Of a stretch of 64,000 nucleotides of DNA, positions 57,982-64,000 are shown piece by piece. The notes under the pieces are model-generated. The model was not told the origin of the DNA. It saw nothing but the letters and a program-made list of their open reading frames with translations, and searched no databases. Source of the stretch: a virus (taxonomy: Duplodnaviria > Caudoviricetes); IMG/VR virus record IMGVR_UViG_3300029314_000064, positions 1-64,000 of that record. One strand, 5' to 3'. Numbering within the stretch: the stretch's first letter is position 1; every line of letters starts with the position of its first letter. Both the position numbers and the translations under genes were made by a program.

Positions 57982-60672
57982 ATGAAAAATATAATTTCGT
58001 TGTTGGTGTTTTTATTGGCTCCTATTATTTCTATCGCACAACCTTATGGTTACACTCCAAGAACAGGATCAGGATCATCTACTTTTACAGGCGGAACTGT
58101 AACATCTACAATTGTATCAACTGATGGTCTTGGTGGTCCAGCGTGTGATTACTCTGCCGGGACAAATGAAAATTTAACATTCTGTATGGCAGGAACAGGT
58201 GCTGTTGATTTTCCTAAATTAGTCAATACAGCAGGAACATCAATTGATATATTTGGAGAAGCTCTAAAAAACACAGATACTCAAATCTGTAATGGTGTTG
58301 CAGGTACAGGTGGAGAATTTTGTATTAATGATGTTATGATGGTTAGTAGTGCAGGAAATACATATTTGAGAATATGGCCATCAGCAACAGGCACAGGGCA
58401 AATTCAGATTAATTATAATGGAACAGCAAGTAATTCAGCTATAAATATTTACGATGTAACAGGAGCAGTAGCATTAAGAGGAAGTTTTGGTTACGGTGGT
58501 TCAACGTTCTCTGATGCTGATTTTCAAAGTAGACTTTATATGGTTTCTTACTCTTCATCTCAAATTGCCTTTATGCATGACGCTGATCTAGGCGTTTCTA
58601 CTATAGGGTGGAACTGGCTAGATAATGCTGCTGCCACAGCAGTTTCTATTATGAATCTAGATGGAGATGGAACACTTTCTGTTTTGAATAATATTGACAC
58701 TTATGGAACAACAGGACCGAACACCTTTAGAGGCCCTGTTGTTATGACCGGAGATAATGCTTCAGGAACAGGAACACTACGTATTCGTCCAACAGATGAA
58801 GATACTCAATTAGTTCTTTGCGAAGCAAGTAATAATTCAGCACCAGAAACATGTAGTTCTGTCCAGCATTATAATGCTAGTTCAGTATTTTCATCATTAA
58901 TTTTTGGAACAAACATTTATCTTAATTCCGCAGGTGCTCCACAACGCAATAATACGTCATTTGGATCTGGATACATCCAAACAGCAGCAAGTACGACTCT
59001 CGGTTCAAATGGTGTATGGTTTGGAGCTTATAATACAACTGGAACAATAGCAGGATATGTCAATTTTTTAGCAACTGGAGCAGCTACAACTACATTTAAA
59101 ATTGGTGATTCTGGTGTGACAACTACTGACATTCGCGGACCTATTATCAATGGTGGAGTTGCTGCGTGTGATGGAAGTTCTACTACAGGTGGCTTATGTT
59201 TTGTTGATGACACTATGATGATTTCAAGTGCGAATGCTGTTTATTATGCTCGAGCCTCTGGAACAACAGGATTAGCAGCTTCAGTTTATGGAGCTACTAC
59301 GCTCGCAAACAATCTACAGGTTGGATGGTTTGGTAGCTCATCTGATGCTGATTATGCTTCATCTCTTGGTATATTAGCGGTTGGGGGTGTCGGTTTACAG
59401 TTTGTTCATATTTCTGATATTGCTGCTGGAGTCGCTGCATGGGCATTTAAAGACAACGCTGTTGCTTCAGGCGTAACACTTCTTGAAATTGAAGGAGATG
59501 GTTCTTTAGATATCAGAGGCAGCATTAAAAATGATGGAAGTTCTACTTGTGATGGCCTTATTGCAGGAAGTTTATGTATTTCTGATTTATTAACAATTCA
59601 TACTGGATCAAGTCCATCAAGCGCAGTTGGAATTATAGTACAAAATACATCAAATACAGGAAGTGCAATATTTCAAGCATACACAGACGGTGACGCTTTT
59701 GCATTTCAGTTAGCATATGGAAATGGTGCAGTCGCTGATGCAGATTTTGCAGTCAAAACATATTTATTATCATCAACTGAACAGCAATTCTCAAGAACAG
59801 ATGATGTTGCAGCGGGAACTATTGGATGGAGATGGGTTGATGGAACTTCAACATCTGCTACGTTAGCAGGTAATACTCTGATGGGTTTGTATGGAGATGG
59901 AACCCTAGGATTACGTAATGCAATACGAAATGATAGCAGTGTGACATGTAATGGAATTGGGGCCGGAAGTTTATGTGTTACAGAAGACAATACAATAATT
60001 TTCGGTACTGGCACAACAGAAACACTGCATGTAGGTTCTACTGCTGCAACATCTAATACTCAAATTTGGGAATATGCCCAAGGGACAAATTCTCAAGCAA
60101 CGACTCTATTTGTCAGTGGTACCATGGCTGCGGGGACAGTTATCGGAGCCGTAGGATTTTACGGTAGCGGTGTAGCAGATGCAGATTATGCAGATAATAT
60201 AACATTGTTTTCTGTTGGAAAAACTATTGGTCTTTTAGAGAATTCACAGAAGACCGCAACACAAAAAGTTCTAAAAGTAATGGATAATATTGTAGGCACA
60301 GGAGAAGAACATCTTGCAGTCTATGGTGCGGGAACTGTTGCATTTCCTCAAACTCAAACCGTAACATGTGCTGATAATGCAGGAGGAACCAACCAAGCCG
60401 CAAACTTAGATCCTCAAGCTGTCAATATTACAATCACAAATAATGACGCCACAGGGTGCGATATCACAATGCAGGAAACCAGTGCAATTATAGGTGCGAT
60501 AATTGTAATATGTGTTGACCCTGCTTCTACAGCTACAAATGTTAATTTTGCAGATGTAGCAAATGTTTTCGATGGTGCTGCCCCCGCTTTATCTCAGGGC
60601 GACTGCATAACAGTACGTTATTTTGATGCAGCAAATGATCTATGGCTTCAAACTGGAATAAGCAACAACTAA
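57982..60672 (+). CDS. Signal-peptide-bearing fibre/adhesin-like protein B (896 aa)
   Basis: Signal ending IISIA|QPYGY; four Cys-loop/DAD(F/Y) repeats; shared C-terminal domain. Confidence 0.75.
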   Translation: MKNIISLLVFLLAPIISIAQPYGYTPRTGSGSSTFTGGTVTSTIVSTDGLGGPACDYSAGTNENLTFCMAGTGAVDFPKLVNTAGTSIDIFGEALKNTDTQICNGVAGTGGEFCINDVMMVSSAGNTYLRIWPSATGTGQIQINYNGTASNSAINIYDVTGAVALRGSFGYGGSTFSDADFQSRLYMVSYSSSQIAFMHDADLGVSTIGWNWLDNAAATAVSIMNLDGDGTLSVLNNIDTYGTTGPNTFRGPVVMTGDNASGTGTLRIRPTDEDTQLVLCEASNNSAPETCSSVQHYNASSVFSSLIFGTNIYLNSAGAPQRNNTSFGSGYIQTAASTTLGSNGVWFGAYNTTGTIAGYVNFLATGAATTTFKIGDSGVTTTDIRGPIINGGVAACDGSSTTGGLCFVDDTMMISSANAVYYARASGTTGLAASVYGATTLANNLQVGWFGSSSDADYASSLGILAVGGVGLQFVHISDIAAGVAAWAFKDNAVASGVTLLEIEGDGSLDIRGSIKNDGSSTCDGLIAGSLCISDLLTIHTGSSPSSAVGIIVQNTSNTGSAIFQAYTDGDAFAFQLAYGNGAVADADFAVKTYLLSSTEQQFSRTDDVAAGTIGWRWVDGTSTSATLAGNTLMGLYGDGTLGLRNAIRNDSSVTCNGIGAGSLCVTEDNTIIFGTGTTETLHVGSTAATSNTQIWEYAQGTNSQATTLFVSGTMAAGTVIGAVGFYGSGVADADYADNITLFSVGKTIGLLENSQKTATQKVLKVMDNIVGTGEEHLAVYGAGTVAFPQTQTVTCADNAGGTNQAANLDPQAVNITITNNDATGCDITMQETSAIIGAIIVICVDPASTATNVNFADVANVFDGAAPALSQGDCITVRYFDAANDLWLQTGISNN

Positions 60673-60686
60673 TCACAGGAGGAATC

Positions 60687-61964
60687 TTGATTAAGATATT
60701 AAAGCTATTTATGATTTCGTTTTTTCTTTCAATAATATCTGATTATCATACAGTCATTAATCAAGCTTCTGCTCAAACAAAAATCATAATTGTAACAGGC
60801 CAGTCATTATCTGCGGGAGCAGCAACAGTCTCTGCAATTACAACAACACAATCCAGAAATCATAAGAAAGTAACAGGATTAGCTTATGATTCCACAGGCG
60901 CTCTTAGTCCTCCATATATTGTAAGAACTCCGACATTTGCAGCATACCCATGGACTTCACTTATAGAAACAACTGAAGAAAGTCCTAGAACATGCATGGC
61001 AAATCAATATTATACAAATTCTGGTTTTGAAGCATATCTTGCAACAGGATCTAAAGGTGGCGGATCATATACAGAAATTAAAAAAGGAACAGAAGCTTTT
61101 CTGTATTTAGATAGGTCTATAGAAAGTTTTACATCAAGAAATAGTTTTGATGGAGTCACAGGAAAACCACAATGTGTTGGCGCTCTATTGATGCATGGAG
61201 AAAGTGATCATCAATTATCAACAACGCGAGAACAGTATACGGCAAATCTAGTTGAATTACAGAATGATATCCAACAAAAATGTCTTAAAACAGGAAGCAT
61301 TACTGAAGGAACAACTGTTCCACTGTTTGTAGGGCAATTTTCTTCTTGGACCGCAAATGTTTTAGCAAATCATTCAACAACAAGCCCTATTCCACTCGCA
61401 GTTCAGGATGCAGCCAGAAATCCTACAAATTTTGGTAAGATTATTATTGTATTCCCTCAATATGGTTTCACGCATGTCGTTGATGGAGTTCACTTAACAA
61501 ATACTTCTTCATGCGCAGCAGGTACAATCGCAGGAAGAGCAATGGCATCAGGAACATCTTATCATCCTCTTCAACCACATCTTACTGAATCTATTACAAG
61601 AGTCAATAATGTTATTACTGTTCCTATGTATGTTCCAACTTGTCCTATGGCTTTAGACACAACAATTATCACAGGTGTTTCTTCAACACATCGCGGTTTT
61701 GAATACACGTGTGGATCATCTCCTCCATCTATTTCCTCTATTGATTGTACTTCTATTGCTTGTTCAAACAATATTGGATATTGTACTATTACTCTTTCAG
61801 GTTCTCCTAATGCCTCATGTCAAACTGATGATTTTATTGGATATGCCATCACAGGTGTGAATGGAAATAGTGGAGGGCCTACAAGTGGTCCTCGTGGAAA
61901 TGTTGTAGACAGTTCAGTTCCAGTCAATAGATTGGTTCACTTTAAACTTTCAGTCCCACAATAA
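60687..61964 (+). CDS. Secreted SGNH-type carbohydrate esterase (sialate O-acetylesterase/CE6-like)
   Basis: TGQSLS, MHGESD, DGVHLT catalytic blocks. TTG start at 60687 after AGGAGG; hydrophobic N-terminus with ASA|Q site. Confidence 0.8.
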   Translation: MIKILKLFMISFFLSIISDYHTVINQASAQTKIIIVTGQSLSAGAATVSAITTTQSRNHKKVTGLAYDSTGALSPPYIVRTPTFAAYPWTSLIETTEESPRTCMANQYYTNSGFEAYLATGSKGGGSYTEIKKGTEAFLYLDRSIESFTSRNSFDGVTGKPQCVGALLMHGESDHQLSTTREQYTANLVELQNDIQQKCLKTGSITEGTTVPLFVGQFSSWTANVLANHSTTSPIPLAVQDAARNPTNFGKIIIVFPQYGFTHVVDGVHLTNTSSCAAGTIAGRAMASGTSYHPLQPHLTESITRVNNVITVPMYVPTCPMALDTTIITGVSSTHRGFEYTCGSSPPSISSIDCTSIACSNNIGYCTITLSGSPNASCQTDDFIGYAITGVNGNSGGPTSGPRGNVVDSSVPVNRLVHFKLSVPQ

Positions 61965-61977
61965 CCCGGAGCTAAAC

Positions 61978-62373
61978 ATGAACAGATCAGTCCTTCTATC
62001 CCTCGTCCTCGGAGCAGCCACAGGAACAGCTTTAACTGTTGGGTCGGGTGTTATTGCCCAAGTTGCCCGTACGGACGTCAGAGAGCCTGTCACGCTTGGT
62101 ACACTTGATGGCTTCTGCGTTGTAGTAAATAAAGAACAGTCCGATGCAGGACAAGGTCTTACATTTAGTGATTTCACTGGTTTAGAATTATCTGAAGTCA
62201 ATATTAGAGTCCAAAGCAGAATTCCTGATGAGGAACCTGCTGTCTGTAGGGTAGGCGGAATTAAATTAAGAGGAACTGCACGTACGGAAATGGCGAAATG
62301 GGCTAGAGATTATATTGTTCCTCTAGCTAGAAATGAATGTAAAATTGGTGCAAGATCTGACGCAGGACTATAA
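61978..62373 (+). CDS. Small exported or membrane-anchored protein
   Basis: Hydrophobic N-terminus (VIA|Q possible cleavage); GGAG SD. Confidence 0.6.
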   Translation: MNRSVLLSLVLGAATGTALTVGSGVIAQVARTDVREPVTLGTLDGFCVVVNKEQSDAGQGLTFSDFTGLELSEVNIRVQSRIPDEEPAVCRVGGIKLRGTARTEMAKWARDYIVPLARNECKIGARSDAGL

Positions 62374-62396
62374 TCGTATTAAATTTATGAAATATC

Positions 62397-62437
62397 AAAA
62401 CCCCTGTGTTCTGTATTTTTTCAGGCACAGGGGTTTT
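62397..62437 (+). terminator. Intrinsic terminator closing the secreted-protein cassette
   Basis: AAAACCCCTGTG / CACAGGGGTTTT inverted repeat followed by GAGTTTTT. Confidence 0.8.
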
Positions 62438-62442
62438 GAGTT

Positions 62443-62471
62443 TTTAGAAACAAAAACCATGCTACTATAAT
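62443..62471 (+). promoter_or_regulatory. Possible sigma70 promoter TTTAGA-N17-TATAAT for the receiver gene
   Basis: TATAAT at 62466-71, 13 nt before ATG 62485; AGGTG SD. Confidence 0.5.
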
Positions 62472-62484
62472 ACACAGGTGAATT

Positions 62485-62859
62485 ATGAATAAAAAATCTG
62501 TTCTAATTATAGAAGATGATCAGAAATTAAGATTTTTATTGAGAGATGTTTTAAGTTTTTCTGGTTATCATGTATTCTTGGCTTCTGATGGATATGAAGC
62601 ACTAGATATTCTTCAAACTGTGAAGCCTGATATTATATTCACTGATTTATCTATGCCTAAAGTTGATGGTGTTGAATTAATTAAAGTCATCAAGCATAGA
62701 TTTAAAAATGACAATATACCTGTCGTTGCTATCTCTGGAGCAAAAGAATCTCTTATGATAGATGCATTACAGGCAGGTGCAGATATGCTTATCAAAAAGC
62801 CATTCAAGTTGTCCATCATCCGTCTTGCTTTAGATTCACTACAAAAAACAAAGGAATAA
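62485..62859 (+). CDS. Stand-alone response regulator receiver (CheY-like)
   Basis: VLIIEDD, FTDLSMPKVDG (phospho-Asp), AISG, KKPF all intact. Confidence 0.92.
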   Translation: MNKKSVLIIEDDQKLRFLLRDVLSFSGYHVFLASDGYEALDILQTVKPDIIFTDLSMPKVDGVELIKVIKHRFKNDNIPVVAISGAKESLMIDALQAGADMLIKKPFKLSIIRLALDSLQKTKE

Positions 62860-62860
62860 A

Positions 62861-63235
62861 ATGGCTGCATCAAAAGGAATCAAATGGGATGAGCAACCTC
62901 TTGGCCAGATGAGCGATAAAGATCTAGCCAAGAGGTTGCAGGTTTCTCCTGAAGCGGTTCGTATGGCTAGGGTATCTAGGGGCATTCAAAGTTGTGTAAA
63001 TAAATCCAAATACATTGATTGGTCAACACAACCACTCGGCCTTATGCCTGACGCAGAAATCGCCAAAAAAATTGGAGTCACTATAAGTTCCGTGCGCTCT
63101 GCGCGCGCTACAAGAAGCATACCTAATTATAGAGAATACTTCCATATTATGTCTGATTTTAGGCTTAAAAAATTAGAAAAAGGAGTTGACGCAATTCTTA
63201 AATATCTAAACATCCATCCAGAAAAGGATGCTTAA
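62861..63235 (+). CDS. Tandem-HTH DNA-binding protein
   Basis: Two repeats of I.W..QPLG...D..A..(L/I).V....VR.AR..R.I. Confidence 0.7.
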   Translation: MAASKGIKWDEQPLGQMSDKDLAKRLQVSPEAVRMARVSRGIQSCVNKSKYIDWSTQPLGLMPDAEIAKKIGVTISSVRSARATRSIPNYREYFHIMSDFRLKKLEKGVDAILKYLNIHPEKDA

Positions 63236-63354
63236 TGATTATCAAACCTTTTGAACCAAAAGAACCTGAAGACAAATTAACTTTAAGACATATTGTATTT
63301 GTTGGTATCATATCAATTGCATTAATCATTATTATTCTTGGAAGTTTAAAATGA
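63235..63354 (+). CDS. 39-aa single-TM protein
   Basis: Not in the track. MIIKPFEPKEPEDKLTLRHIVFVGIISIALIIIILGSLK; start overlaps the previous stop (TAATG). Confidence 0.55.
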   Translation: MIIKPFEPKEPEDKLTLRHIVFVGIISIALIIIILGSLK

Positions 63355-63415
63355 ATAGTTAGAAATTAAATATGCTATGCTTTAAATATGCGCTAAAAAC
63401 AAACCTGGAGAAGTA

Positions 63416-63808
63416 ATGATCCATATAATAAAAGAGAAACAAATAATCATTCTTTCAGTAATTATTTCTGTATTGAGTATTATTATATCAGTGTATTCTG
63501 TAGATAATGTGTTAAAAGAAATCATAAAAATCAAAGATGCTAACCTTCGCATAGATTCTAATAGTCAAATTCAACCAAATATTATCCCATATGGCCCAAC
63601 TAATCCACTAAAAATTGTTCCTTTTTGGCAAGAATATTGTAATGGACTTAAATGCGATAACTCATGTATCCATGGTGTTTGCGCTGAGATCTTAGTAGGA
63701 ACAGCGCGTGGTGGTTTCAGTAACCCTATGGTTGTTTGCGATACAAGGGATGGTTCAGGTCCTGTGAAATGCTGGATACATAAGGATGTAGAGTTGGTTA
63801 GGGATTAA
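63416..63808 (+). CDS. Membrane-anchored Cys-rich protein
   Basis: N-terminal TM helix, six C-terminal Cys; GGAG SD. Confidence 0.6.
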   Translation: MIHIIKEKQIIILSVIISVLSIIISVYSVDNVLKEIIKIKDANLRIDSNSQIQPNIIPYGPTNPLKIVPFWQEYCNGLKCDNSCIHGVCAEILVGTARGGFSNPMVVCDTRDGSGPVKCWIHKDVELVRD

Positions 63809-63828
63809 TTCAAACAAACGAGGAAACA

Positions 63829-64000
63829 ATGGCTAAAGAAAATGATTATTCAAATGTACCGATATTTGGATGCGTTATCAACCCTATCAATAAAACACAA
63901 AGATACAATGTGTATCCTCATAAAAAATATGGTTTTGTATCTATTGATAGACACAATAATAATAAAATCATTTCAACAGGAAAAACAGTTTATAAGTGCG
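63829..64000 (+). CDS. Hypothetical protein, partial (runs off the right edge)
   Basis: GAGGA SD, ATG 63829, MAKENDYSNVPIFG... open to the window end. Confidence 0.55.
   Translation, partial: MAKENDYSNVPIFGCVINPINKTQRYNVYPHKKYGFVSIDRHNNNKIISTGKTVYKC

Larger units (their letters stand above)
1..64000. mobile_element. Tailed dsDNA bacteriophage genome segment (Caudoviricetes, siphovirus-like)
   Basis: Colinear terminase-portal-protease-capsid-connector-tail tube-chaperone-tape measure-tail tip order, plus a phage-type replication module. No host housekeeping genes, integrase or att site seen. Confidence 0.97.

Noticed and set aside
1830-62873. Numerous 60-130 aa ORFs antisense to or nested in long genes
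   Set aside because: They lie within well-supported genes, lack recognisable motifs and read as shadow frames.
61978-63235. Host assignment to Myxococcota from SDAG motifs, the W..QPLG repeat and the GC-rich insert
   Set aside because: Only impressionistic; cannot be supported without database searches.
1-64000. CRISPR array, tRNA/rRNA, integrase/att, inteins, introns, DGR
   Set aside because: No regularly spaced repeats, cloverleaf, recombinase, intein termini or reverse transcriptase were recognised by eye.
1-64000. Alternative genetic code
   Set aside because: Standard translation gives long, densely packed ORFs, with TAA, TGA and TAG all used as stops.

Overview
The whole window is a segment of an AT-rich tailed dsDNA phage genome, probably a siphovirus: it has a tail tube and a 3093-aa tape measure, and no sheath gene is seen. 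From ~51.9 kb leftwards on the minus strand it runs terminase small/large, Mu-type portal, protease/scaffold, head decoration, major capsid, lysis genes, head-tail connectors, tail tube, tail chaperones (with a -1 frameshift visible in the sequence), tape measure and three tail-tip proteins. A ~9.7-kb glycan-modification cluster follows with no gap (2 GT9-like, 4 GT2-like, 2 methyltransferase-like, 1 radical SAM), then the replication module (SF2 helicase, DnaC-like loader, DnaB-like helicase, primase). The plus-strand arm encodes a 5'-3' exonuclease, a Dam-like adenine methyltransferase, two paralogous fibre-like proteins with signal peptides, a secreted SGNH/CE6-like esterase, a stand-alone response-regulator receiver and small proteins. 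The strongest candidate for an undescribed system is phage-encoded virion glycosylation. The exposed tail proteins next to the glycosyltransferase cluster are strongly enriched (by hand count) in a D-[S/A/T/G/N]-T tripeptide that is nearly absent from the tape measure, portal and terminase, suggesting a dedicated sequon. A second candidate is the cassette of exported, cysteine-paired fibre-like proteins plus esterase. All family calls come from motif recognition by eye; no searches were run.
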